A DNA stretch of 61,635 bases, filler included, from Choristocarpus tenellus KU-1152 (lineage: Eukaryota > Protista > Phaeophyceae), in the NCBI GenBank assembly GCA_964200185.2. It is 8 parts of 8 records of this genome, joined end to end, with 100 filler letters (N's around TTAATTAATTAA, not from the genome) between each part and the next. Parts side by side here need not be neighbours in the genome. Positions count along the whole stretch, not along the records: positions 1 to 22,000 come from CAXNAD020000311.1; 7 more parts are not named here. One strand, 5' to 3'. Below the pieces are notes generated by a model. The model saw only the letters and a list, made by a program, of their open reading frames with translations, was not told where the DNA came from and did no database searches. The position numbers and the translations under genes were made by a program. Every line of letters begins with the position of its first letter. Positions within the stretch are counted from its first letter, which is position 1. Below are positions 1 to 12,552 of this stretch, piece after piece.

Positions 1-599
1 TTTACAAAACACAAAAAGTGTGCGGGGAGGGGGTTGGGTTATTTTGGGGATTTAAAAAGTGGTGGATTTTCGGGGGGGGGGGGGGGGGGGGGGGTGGTTT
101 TGATTTTGTTTGGATTTCTCGTTTGTACCTGGTTATACTACCTGGTATTGTCTGTCCTGCTTTTTTTTTAGTTTGTGTTCTTTTTGTGGTACTGGCATGG
201 GTTCATTTTCCTGAGGCACTGGCCACAGATTGCTGATTGAGGCTGAACTGATATGTGTGTGTGTGTGTGTGTTTGGGGTTTTTTTGTTGATCACATTAGT
301 ATAGTCTGAACTATACTCTGAGAAATCTCAGATCTATAGTGGAAAGTGTATTTCAAAGAAGATTATACATGCTACATGCTGATTGGTTGAGAGGTTGCAT
401 CAAGGGATGTCTACGAAAAAATAAAAAGAAGAAAAAGGAAAAGAACCCACAGAAGGTTCTTTCCTCTCTGTTCTTTGAAATAGTAACCAACTAATATAGT
501 TGGCAGTTTTTTCCGTACGTTTTTATGACAGAGCCGTGACTATTCCAATTGTTAGAAGTTTTTGTGGTTTTTTGTTTTGATGTTATTGCCGGCTTAGAG

Positions 600-3250
600 G
601 ATTTTGGTGCTGCTTTGTTAGTGCTTTAAGCAGTAGGGGGTGACCATTGCTGAAAGTGATAAGTTTCATGCTCTAGCGTGTGAGTTGTGCAGGTTGGGTT
701 TTGAATGCTGTGTGACTGGTGTTATGAGGGTCGACATACACACTCCTAGACAGTGCCCTTGGGCACTGCATAGTTTTGAAGTACGAGCCTTGGAAGATAA
801 GGTTTGATACCCTCATCCTTGACCTGTTACTGATATTTATGACAAGTGATCCGTTAACTAACTATAGTACTGCATGTTCTTTCTATGAGGTATGTTGTTC
901 CTTAGTCATATTTGCGCCACTCCAGTGACACCGTTTGAACAAGTGATTCTCAGCCCTCCCCCAGCACATTAAGTTATTCCTGGAATAGGCAGTGCACAGC
1001 ACTCACATCGACCCCAAGTATTTACTGTAGGACTACCTCTTTTATGGTATGAAAAATATTTGGTCGTTGAAATATGTCCACAGGTAAAGGGGCATGGGGT
1101 GTGATTTTGTCGTCAGGGTATACATGACTTGTATTCTGATGTTTTGATTTAGTATGTGGGAGGAAGTACATATTAGGGTGTGGGATGGTTGGTCATATCT
1201 GAAAGAGTTTATAGAAGTTCAAAAAATAAAATAAAAACTCATTTTTTGCTGGGTACACACTATTTTGAAATATATGGAGTGAATTGAGATGGAAAGGCAC
1301 GTACTCTGTGGTAGAAGTGACTCTATTCATTTAAATAGTTAAATAGTAGAACTCTGTGAAACGATTTTGCTAGTGCCTGCATGAACTATGTGGGTTTAAA
1401 CACTAACCCTGAGGCTATAGAAATTCTCCCGTTTGGTGTGAAAATAGTTTGTTGGCAACTGACAGTATGGGAATGGCAACTGACAATTTGTCAGGGCACA
1501 GAGGGACTATGTTGGGAAGAATCAAAAGACTTGAAATTTGACTGAACTGTAAGAGGAAATATAGTCATTGTTGCAGTTGTCTCTAAAGTGGGAAACTATA
1601 CCACACATCTCTGGTCGAGACTGATTTCAAAGGACAATATAGAACTGAATCCAAGGCATCAATTATTTTCGGGGTCCTTTGGGATAATCTCTTGGTCTCA
1701 GGAGAATGTCAGAAGATTTTGCTCTTAATAGTAGTACTGGTTGACTCTGTGGCAACCTTTAGTCGCCTATTAGTGGCTCTGGAGCTTTCCTTACTAGGCT
1801 TTGTGTTGTGCTTTTGTATCTGATCTATTCGACACGATTCCGTCAGCCGCCCTCCATGTGTCAATTTGATTGTTGAGATTGATGCACTCTCACACCTTTC
1901 AACCAATAGAGTGGGATAACACTGGGGTCATTTCTAATGGGGATGATGCTATTTCAATTAAATACGGTGTACTTGCCAGCAGGAAGACCTTGCTGTAAAA
2001 CTGTACAGACTGAGATAATAGTCGTATTTTGTTTTAGTCGACTTACGAACGGAGCTAGGGATGAGCTAGGGATGCTCTCATCAATGATGTCAACAGAGCC
2101 TTTGTGTCACCTTCCGATTCTTGATGGTTTGATTAGATGCTCACTGAACACAAAGGTTGTGTTGTGAGAACCACTGCCCAGAACACATTGTGGTTGTTTG
2201 TACAAGAAGTTAAATGAAAAGTGTTCAACTGACATCGCCAATCTGGCACGTTTTTCTGATTTTTCTATTGAAACACTGCACCCACCAAATTGATGATCCC
2301 GTTGTTACGCGGTGTGTGGAATGAAGTCTGCATGTGGTAGGTACATTTCTTGACCTGAGGTTCCCACTCAGTGGTTGTTTCATTCTAATGTCGCTTGCAA
2401 TACCTATATTTTTCATTGTAGCAGCACACATAAGGGACCTGTTGTGACAACATAGGAAGAGACTTTTGCTGGTTGAAGTGTTTTTTTTTTACTTGGGGTC
2501 TTTTGAGGAAATGGAACAAATTTTGTCCGCAAATCGAAGGCTAGAATTGATCACTGTTTATACAGGGCTAGAAATATGCCCTGATTGGAAGGTCCTTGCA
2601 AGGTGATTCACGCCCGTATGTCCTGAACTCCCTTTCTTTTATGCCCTCGTCCCTTCCCTCCTCCTACCCTCTCTTCTGCTGAGCAGACCCAGCAGATTAG
2701 GGCCTCGGAAGGCGTAAGTGGGTTCTTCCGAGGGGCATTGCCACGATTGATGGTACACATGCCATCTGTAGCTATCTCTTGGACTACATACGAAAGCGTG
2801 AAGGATTGGTTGTCGGCCTATTGATGTAACAGTGTTGAGTGCACACAGCCTGATTGATATCCTTTTGCCTTGCCACGAACACTTCCTGGTTGTCTGTGAT
2901 AGTGTCCAGTAGTGTCCAGTAAGGTGATCGATTTGAAAGAACGATTGCCAAGCAGAGGAGGTAGCAAAGAGACTTGCTTCTTGTTTTGTTTCCTGTCTTG
3001 TGTGTGTTGATTTGATGGGGCGAGTGGATGGCAGGTACTTGATGGGGATGCTAGCAAGCCTGTGTGGGGGAGTGAGGTGGACTTGTGTTGTCTTAATACT
3101 GGCCTCCAATCGAGGATCACAGGACAGGACTGAGAGAAAGCTTGGCTTAATATCTGGATACAAGGGTTTGTGGGAGGACCTCTAATGACTTCCAGCACAA
3201 CTTTAGTCAGAACCGTGTGGATGCTGCTTAGGGTTAGGGTTGGCAATTGT
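600..3250 (-). mobile_element. Possible highly decayed non-LTR retrotransposon relic
   Basis: Coding-like but stop-riddled minus-strand stretch with weak zinc-knuckle-like (HLFKRCHWSG) and endonuclease-like (VYVDPHNTSH) remnants; no intact RT motif found. Confidence 0.25.
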
Positions 3251-4238
3251 ACCCCATGAGAGAAGGCTCAAGGCACTAATTTAGCCATGTGGTGGTCAAG
3301 GAGCTGGTAGTATATAGTATACATTCTTTGGTTGTGAGTGGGCTTGGGCAGGGATGCTCATCATTGGTGGGTAGCACATGTGGGCTTGCTCGTGAGGATC
3401 TGGTTTCTGTTCAAGATTTTGTTCTTGTTTTAATTTTTTATGTTGCAACCTTGCTCTTCCTTCATTCTCCAACAAAGGGCATGTAGTAGTATTACATCAC
3501 ATAAATCGTTTAATTCACTCATACCAAACTTGTGTTGATATCTGACTCAAGCTTTTTTGTGTGGTAATGTTGTTCTTACTAGTTGTGAATGTATGCACAG
3601 TAAAAAGATAGGAACAAACCGCGCTTGAGTTTGTTCTAGGAATAGTGCACTCAATGAACGTTTCCCTGATATTCCCATCCCCCGTTCTAGATCAGAGGGA
3701 GGGAGAGTGAAGGTAGAGTACAATACTCAAGCTCAAGGGGAGTAATTTTACACTACAAAAGTGATGTTAAGCTGCGTCTGTTGTCCATGTCTTCTCCACC
3801 GCCTTAGGGAGGTGTAGGAACAGTGGTGTAGGCTCATGAATTTCTTGCATATATCATCCCAGTTAGTTAGTAGGGGCCCTAGAATGTCCACATATCATTT
3901 TGTGTCTCACTTCTATGTAAAACAGTTGACAAAGGATGTAGATTGTCCTAGCCAACCAATCAATTGACCCAGATGTGTATTTACCAACCGGACCACTGTC
4001 GTAAGCAACTCAGTTAGCACAACAAAGGTGGGGAATGGTAGGGAAATATTTTTTAAAAAATACGTCGAGGAGTACCACCATTAGGCCTTACGCCCTCATC
4101 AGGAAGTCATTCTTGTGGTGACGTGAGTGGGATGTTGTCAAATCAATGATGCAGGTCCCTCCTTATCTGTATGCCAAATATTGGCACAAAAAACAGGGAT
4201 ATGTTCGTTAATGGATTTTTCTTTTCTCTTTCTTTAGA

Positions 4239-4457
4239 GAGTCAAAAGTAACCGAGTGTGTACGGAATTCCGGAGTTTTTTACAAAACGTTACAGGAAAT
4301 TTTGTGAATTCTGTCAACAATTTTCAAACAGTAGAGGGATCAGCTGTATCAAGTCAAACTTAGAAAGTCATACATGGAAATACGGTTAAATTGCGGAAGA
4401 TTGAAAAACTGGCTTTAAAAATAAAACGGGGAAAAGCTGGGTAGCTTACTTTGGCTC
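4239..4457. mobile_element. Degenerate GAG...CTC MITE related to families A/B
   Basis: GAGTCAAAAGTAA...TTACTTTGGCTC termini. Confidence 0.45.
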
Positions 4458-4740
4458 GCTACAGGGACACTCCAATTGACCAACTGCCTAAGACCCTAGA
4501 CTAATGAAACCCCCAAAGCCCTGAAATAATGTTGAAGTGATCTGAGAAAATAAGTTTGGTACTCAATCACAGTGAAGATTGATCCACATGGCACTCTCAG
4601 GTTGTCAACATGCGCCCAGCATGCCTCAGTCTCATCTCTCACTTCCTCTCTGAACATCATCTCTGGTGGTTCTCATCACCCCCCATCACACAGAACCAGG
4701 CCCCTTAACAGTATATGTATATGTCAAACATACATGTACT

Positions 4741-4935
4741 ATAACTTTTGAAGGTGTTAATGAAATTCATTTCTCAAAGAAGATTTGGAATCCTTGATGT
4801 ATTTCTAGTAAGGGTCAGCTCTTTTTATTACTATTACTCATCCATCACAATTTTACCAGTTACAGAAAAAGCCTCCATGTCTACCTTTGGCGTCTTTTCA
4901 AGCTCACCAGACAACTGCCTCTTCCTTACCCCCGT
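4741..4935 (-). mobile_element. Fragment of the 3' end of the same mariner family as 20555-22000
   Basis: Clearly homologous to ~20590-20785 (ORFs 4748 and 20597 align: MKFISxRRFGxLDxxLVRVSSFYYYYS...TEKASMSTF). Confidence 0.75.
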
Positions 4936-5893
4936 CCTTGATACTGAACCAAACTGTAAATCTTGGTTTCATCAGCCCAGCCTATCCAGGCCCAATCCTG
5001 CTCCTCTCCTCTCTACCAACGAATAACTGACTGGGGTTTTGACCATAAACTCTGACCTGAACTGTTTTTGATGACGTATCAAACAGAATAGACAACCATC
5101 ATCAATCAATGCCTTCTGAGAAGTTGGATACAGGTGAAAGAAGGAACAGCCCTAACACATTGTCTATGCACAAATATAGCATTATCATGACTCTTTACAT
5201 CTCCCCCCATCTGACTGATTCATTCCGATTTTCTGTTCCCTGCCATTGAAAACTCCAACAGAGGATGTAGGATGACAAGCATGTTTATTCACAACTGTCA
5301 GGTATCAGAACCACTGGGCACTGTCAGCAGTGAAGGCATCCCAGCAGACATGATGTCTTTGCATGTAGAAACAAAGACAGGTAAGACAGTTAAGCTGGAT
5401 CACCAATACGTCTTTCAACAATGTAGTTTATGTGACACAAAACAATCAGGCTTCCGGCTCAATTATACTGAATGACTGAGGAGTGAGTGCACCTGATACA
5501 GAAAGCATCAAGAAATATTTCATCTTGTGTCAAGAGGAAACCAAGAGTCCTTCAGGGAGACACACACTCACAAAGCAAGTGGCATTGGCAACTGCTCAAG
5601 TTCAATGTTTGGCACAGTCAATCAATATTCCTCATTTCTCCAATCTTGACACACCATCAAACCTACGTACTGTACGAAGTACTCCTTAAGTGGGGAAGTC
5701 CTATTGTTAATGTCGTGAGCACTCACACTCATTAAGCTAATGTTTACACACCGGTCCTTCCTCTCCCTCACTAACCCTCAAAGTATTTTCTCTTTGAAAA
5801 AAGTTCAATGCGGACTCCATTCTTAAACAGCAATCTAAAAGTCAAGTAGTGCCTCCCCCCACCCCCCAAACTTCTTAGCTCTGCAGGTGGTTA

Positions 5894-8800
5894 CTACAGC
5901 CTGCGTGCAGAAATACTTGCACTCCCCAGGCCCTCTGATTCTATTGTTGCTCCATCTGCTAGGTGCTGGGGAAGGAGCGCTCGCCCACCAGGCCCAACTA
6001 GCTCAAGTGGCGCCCCAAGGGGCTTGCCATCCATTGCAGAGACCTCTTTTGCCGCAAGGTCTAGCAAGGTCATGGCAGAGTCCGATTTTCTGAAACGTCG
6101 AACAACGCGCTTACCACCTTCCAGTCGCAGCTGAGTTGTAGGCAGGGGGTACGCAGAGAGGAGTGTTGAATAAGAACTCTTAATCCTACAAGTTTTGTTA
6201 GACAAGTTCAGGAGTCGCAAAGTTCTTGGATGTGCAAAGTCCAAGTAGACACAACGCACTTGTAAGGACTGCGACTCTCTCAGGCTCTTCTTGTTTACTT
6301 GTTCTAATGTGGACTTCATAAACCGACGGACTGGTTCCTTTGTGCATCAGAAAATCTGTTAATTCACGACCCTAGGAATGGAGGAAACTTCGCTCTCTCC
6401 AAAACCATGCCAATTTTTTGGTGTTTTTGTATTTTTTTCTCCTTCTTGACGGCAGCAAGGTGAGGATAAATACAATACAAAACATGTAATGTATCACCTG
6501 TGTCACATAGCAATCTAGTGCAATATCCTCTATCATCCAAAATCCACTACCACCTCTCCCACATGTACAGGACAACAACAATTTTGATGCAGGTGACATG
6601 GGTGCAAAGTCTGATTGTGCACCTGTATTTGCCAAGCAATGAAAACTGTTACAATACATTAACTGCAAATAACAAGTCTTTTACAGTGGCGCAGGTACAA
6701 CAATATGGTCGACAAGCATCTGCTATGTGGTTCTGCCATCTATTTGACTCTTGTCTTGTACAACTGCCCCCTCCCCTGAATCTGGTAGATTACATCAATG
6801 CCTATACAATCAAAGGAATGTTCTTAATCCATGAACTGAACAACTGTAGGTTGACGGAGGTATATATATTTAGTATATACATAATGGGGTATCACCCTCA
6901 CTATCAGTACGTTCTACTCAATTTGATTTTTCAAAATCTTAACGTAGGGACTCAGAAGTGCATATCAAAAAAAGAAGACTACTCATCTGCTTCTAAGAGG
7001 TGTTTGATGCCAACCCCAAAAAAATGAACCGGTACAGATTTCTTCCCACACCGCTACAATGATAAAGAAAATAGGAGTAACTCTTCCCAGTGGTTGAGGA
7101 AAGTCATTTTATGTATTAATAGAGAAAAGGGTATGCATGGGAGTAAACATTGAAGTCAAACATTTTCTTTTCTTGATCAACCTACCCCCCCCTCTACCCT
7201 TATCTGCACCTGGACCCTGACCACGCCTGACCCAGGAGGTGGTTCATCAGGTACAGGTTTTGGCTCATATCCCACCTTCTTTGGTGCTCCTCCACCTGAC
7301 CCACCTCCTAGAGTCAACGTCACATGCAACATGACGAAAGAACACTTATTGAAAGGAAATATATGTCAACAGACACCTTGCAGATGATGTAGGCAGTGAG
7401 GCAACGACAGAACACAAACAAAATATCCGAAAATTTCCTCAAGCCGACATGCTATTGCTTCAACAAAATAAAAAATACATATATTGTATCAGATCAAGAT
7501 CAAGTCCGGAACAGTCCAGTGAGCAAAACAACTGAACCGCACAGTTTACACTAATGAGCAAAAGACATGTCATGCAGTGGTGCATCAGCCAACATAAATA
7601 GTAGGGTAACACTAGAGGTCAAGGGAGGATTGGTCTCCAGAAACAAGCAGCCAACAACCTAAAAATGAAAGGGTGCTTCAAGAACAGTGTGGTCCTGAGT
7701 AATGAAAGGGTGCTGAACCATTCTAAATAACAAATAAACCTTGATTAAAACTATAACAAACCACTGCATACAATCCAGAGCACATAAACTTTACCTATGG
7801 AAATATATTTACCATACTATTAACCATAGTGTACCTCTCTTTCCTCTAAAATTATTATACTAGCCTCATCTACTCTCCTCACTTTAAGCCCTGGCCCCAC
7901 TCTAGTTTGCATCCTATCTAGACCCTTTCCTTCTCTTGCCTTGTCCATCTCCATCCTTGTCTGCCAAGGACATAGCAATAGCCCTCATGATGTCATCTTC
8001 TTCGCTCATCTGTTCCCCCCCTTCTCCCCTCCTTTCCCCTACGCTTGTGCTCAGCGCTAGTGCCAATTGCTCATCCTCTGTTAGTCCATCCCATGGTCTT
8101 TGACCCCACCCACTTCCTCCACCTCCATCAAGACGTTGCCCAGGGCCTGAATTCAGCCACACATCTGTAGCTGCTGTTGCGGGCTTTGAAGTTGTGCCTG
8201 ACAGCATCAATTTTATTGGGGGGAATGAAGTATTAAGTACTAAGCACAAGATTTAGTCTGAGTTGAGGAATTGTGCTTTATAGGACTGAAAAATTTTAGT
8301 AATACATTAAACAGTTGCTTCAGAGTATGATAACAGTACACACTGTTTATAGACATAAAACAAGACAAAAAATGAAATAGGCGTTGATGGGAATGAGGGT
8401 CATCAATTGCCAAAGTGGGCTAGTTCTTATTGGGTCATCTTGGGCATTTTTCCTTGATTATCATTTCCATCAATAGCAAAAAAAAAAAACTCCAAGCAAG
8501 ACCTGGACATCTGTTGGCTGATTCTGAAGCATGTGTCACTGCTACTAGTGAATGCACACAGACATACCCACTCATGCCAACCTCAGTCTCAGGAAATAAT
8601 GCTTGCCTAAGGTTTTCCTCTGAGTGACTCAACTCCCAATTTTCCAACAACTATGGACTTCACTATTAGAGACTCCCCATACAGCCTACACAACTTGTGC
8701 TACAATAAGCCACAAGGGGGATCAAGGTGTGCTTTGCCATGTTGGAGGTTTTGAGAGTCACTCTACAAGAGTTCATAGCTAATCCTCTGCTGTCATTGTA

Positions 8801-11800
8801 GGTAGGTGCTTACTGCTATCCTGTGCAAATGCAGTTTTTGCCAGGTCAAGACACCTTTCCGTTGAAGGTCACGACCAGGAAAAAGTGGCAAGAACATCGA
8901 AAAACCTCCAATGTGAACTACAGGAAATTCGACTCATCCTACTGTATAGCCTATTTAGAGTACGGTTTAGCCATGGCGAAAAATATTCATAGTAAACAAT
9001 TATGCTCCAACTGTAGGTGACACCGAAGAGGATTAAAAAAATTCCCAGTCTATTACTACATAATACTGAGTACTCCAGTAGTTGATAAGTCATGTGGCAG
9101 AGAATGGGAAGAGTTGCATTAGTAAGATATAGCATTCACCAAAGTTCATACAAAAAAAGAGGTCCAAAGGCCCACTCCTACCAATAAAATTATAAAAAAT
9201 AACAAAAAAAGAAGAAATACTAAGAAATCCCAAACAGGTGCTGACCATGAACTAGACTGTTGTTACTGCGGCAGCATTTCTTGAAAAGAATCAAGTAGAT
9301 GCAGGGTTAGGGTTAGAGTTGAGAAGATTCTTCTAATGAATAGTGTCAAGGCCTGCAGGTCTTCACTCCACTCTATTATTAACAGGTCACGTAACAGTTG
9401 TTGCAAGAAACACTCAAGAACTATGATACACCAAAAACATTGACAGCAAAGCCTAACAAATATCATATACACTCCACAGAAGTTTCTGTGAGACAACTGG
9501 TATTAATATGATACCAACAGTAAAATCCTTCATTTAAGGCATGAACATGATCACAGAAGGACCCTATACACAGTAGTACAAACCAGACCATGTTACCACT
9601 AACATACAAAAGCATGCAAGCACTACTAGTCAGGGATACACACCTCTTGCCACTGCCATAAGCTCCTCCACTCTGTACCAGCTATCCCTTGCACCTTGCC
9701 CTGGGTTCTCCCGAGCCATGGGCAGTTCCCCCCCTCGCACCACAAAAACTGAATAACCATCACTGCGCAGCTGGTCGAGAGCTACTTCCAAGTGAAATGT
9801 TGAGATGCGATCTGTACAAACAAATACCATGGACATGTACATACACATCAAGCGCAAACAGAAAAGGATATCAAGCACAGGCACAAAGTCAACCACAACG
9901 TCAACCACAAATTCAACCACAACATCAACCATAACGCCATGCACCAAAGGAAAAGGGCAGAAATATTTGTAGGTGGTAGTGGAAAGTTCCATTTTGGTCT
10001 GCATTCCGACAAAAAAGCTGCCCTGCCAGAAGTCCTCCCAGTGGAACTTGCACTGTTGAAAAAAATTCTTCTTGGTTACTGTAAGTGAGTTCACGCATGG
10101 TGGGAGGCGGGGGGGATTGCATCCTGAACCCAAGATACAAGGCCCATGACCCTGCTTCAGTAACAGTAGCTGCTAGTTACTGCTTGTTTCAACATCATAA
10201 CAATTCCTCCTCACTAACCCTCTGCCACAGGGGGATGATTCTTGCCACCAACTCTTACCGGGGAAACCGAGTGTGCTGTTAAGGTTCCAGTAGGTGCCCC
10301 CAATAGATCTGATCGCAAACCAATGTGACTGTTTGTTACATAAAAATCCACCCTCCCGGTGGTAGCTATCTTGTTGCGGACAACAAACGGATTTGGTATT
10401 TGGTGTACAAATTGGGGGAATTGGGCATGTTTTAGTACAGAGTTAGTGGCCAAGGCAGAAGAATTCCAGCTATAACAAAGCACCTTGACATTGCATTGGT
10501 ACTGTGCGGTGATACAAAGCATCACCAATACAATATTAATGTAATGAATTCAAGGGGGCAATGCAAGTGAGGATAGATTCTTCCCCATGTTTGCTCCAGT
10601 TGATGGGTAGGTGGATGATCAAACCGAACGACAGACATGGACATGGACCAGCTACATTCAATACTCATAAGCCAATGATCACCCACCCAAGCCCAGGAAA
10701 GGTGGTTGAAGTTATCAAAGCAAGAAATAAGAACCCAAGTATTGAACAAATCTCAATTATTCTCATCGACTAAAAAAATGTCATTTGCATGCATCAACAC
10801 AAACACATAAAGGTATTGCACATCCAACCCCAATCAAACCATCAAAGATATTTCAGAATTTACAATCACCCTCCAAACAAGTACCACAGCTGTAAAAAAT
10901 ACGTTGGAACAAGTGATCAAATGTAACACTGTAACATAAGAACAAATTTTCGAGACCCCAAATGTCTATCAGGGGTGTGCACCTGCACAACATGCACAGG
11001 TTTTTCAGTAGAGAACAAGGAACTGTTGGTTGCCAAGTTTCAAAATGGATTGCATGGCAAAGTAGTCAAGACTACTAGCTGGAAAAGAAGGCAACTCAAT
11101 CCACCAGGTCACTGGCCATTCAAACGTCTACCCGACTCACCCTGTAGTGCTGAGCTTGCCACGAACGCTCTCACTGTCTGCTGATACAAGATAAAGGCCA
11201 TGGGATCGTTTAATGGCCTCACTCAGGACCTAGCTCAGGCAAGAAGTTGGAGTTTGAAGAAGGTTTAAATCCAAAAAATAAGTGAGGTGACGGAAGCCAG
11301 GGAGTGGAGGGCGAGGGTTGGCGGTTCTGAAGTTCAGGCTTCATTCACCAGGAGAAAGGGCAGGGGTTTAAGTAAGTGACAGGCACTGAACCTACACCAA
11401 TGGGTCTCATATGAAACTTACAGCCGCAACCAGGGCTGGAAATGCCGTGATGTCGCTCACCTGGATGGAAAAGTTGCCAGTTTCGTCAACGTTTCCCGAG
11501 TCCTCCGCCAGAAACCTGTGTGCAACGCAGAGATTACTCGGCATGGCTACTGCGGGTGATCCACTCCACGACTGAGGTATTACCTATAGACTCGATGTAC
11601 ATGGACTTCATGAAATCTACTTCGAAGAACGTTGCTGTGGGCGACAGCTTCTTCGCAAACTCCTACACTCCGAGACAGAGATGTAATAGGTTCCACTGGG
11701 TATCCTTGGAAGCCCTTGGAAGCCCTTAGCGATTCTTTAAAATTTACACATGATACTGCGTGAAAGTGGATATTAGGCACTGCCAGATCCATCTCTTCAC

Positions 11801-12248
11801 ATTCCAAGTCCCCACTCCTTAAGAACATCAATACCTGAGGGCGTCTGGTGTATTATCCCCTGCCTCCAGCATATACTTACGCTCCTTGGCATTTAGATCT
11901 TGTGCAATATCCGCCAGATCAGGTGCAGAGAAAAGGCAATCCTGTAAGAGGTTATTGAGACAATGTTGTCCGCACAGGCTAGAGACTTGTTTCTGTCGAA
12001 GTTCACGTTGTGTGCCACAGCAGTTTCATAGAAGATCGATGCACAGAAATAACATAGAGGGCGAGAAACAATGGGTCAGATCTCTCTGACTGACGACGTC
12101 ATATCACGTGCTCGATTACCGACAACACCGTACGCACTCTACTAACTGTTGCTTTGGTGTGCCCAAACCACATCCTAAAGAGAAAAGACGGAACATCTCA
12201 ACAAACCTCGTGATATATCCATTCCTCTCCTGACGTAGATGATGCCAT
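5894..12248 (-). CDS. ATXN3: Ataxin-3-like Josephin deubiquitinase with two UIMs and a C-terminal UBX domain (9 exons, 403 aa)
   Basis: Hand-spliced exons 12248-12207, 11992-11835, 11515-11461, 11229-11141, 10365-10259, 9811-9644, 8197-7940, 7307-7210, 6130-5894; all phases compatible (1212 nt). Josephin motifs: WIYHEKQVSSLCGQHCLNNLLQ (catalytic Cys), SGNVDETGNFSIQVL, FLCNKQSHWFAIR (His), YWNLNS (Asn), QLRSDGYSVFVVRG. UIMs: TEDEQLALALSTS and SEEDDIMRAIAMS. UBX-like: VRVQLRLEGGKRVVRRFRKSD...TIESEGL. Intron 7 has a GC donor. Confidence 0.95.
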
Positions 12249-12552
12249 GTCGATATTGAAAATTGTGTTAGATATTTGACCTTGAACTAACCCTTAGTGT
12301 TGGGTGATAATGCGATCATCCTGATCTCCACCCTCACCTCTTCACTGAAAACGAAGTATCAAGTATCAAAATCTAGTTGCAAAGGGAGTTCACGACTTAG
12401 AGGCGTTCTGATGATGGATAAGAGAACCTGTTCGAGAGAAACACCCCAACATCCAACACTCTATTACCGATGTGCATGTGAAAACGGGGGGTTGTGGATT
12501 GACCTAGATGCAGTCGCCGAGCTAGGTACTGTGCACTGCAAGATTGCGTGCT
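12249..12552. promoter_or_regulatory. Putative bidirectional promoter / shared 5' region of ATXN3-like and XPB
   Basis: Only 304 bp separate the two divergent predicted ATGs (12248 minus, 12553 plus). Individual cis-elements were not identified. Confidence 0.6.

Noticed and set aside
5050-5700. Copia RT relic (AQVQCLAQSINIP...)
   Set aside because: Only a vague resemblance; no YVDD or other diagnostic motif retained.
9689-9934. Gln-rich ORF (QAQAQSQPQRQPQIQPQHQP) as the ataxin-3 polyQ tract
   Set aside because: It is on the opposite strand and the Gln-rich part lies in intron 5; it is a low-complexity CAACCACAA repeat.
10095-10165. tRNA-like sequence on the minus strand ending in CCA
   Set aside because: No convincing cloverleaf, T-loop or A/B boxes.
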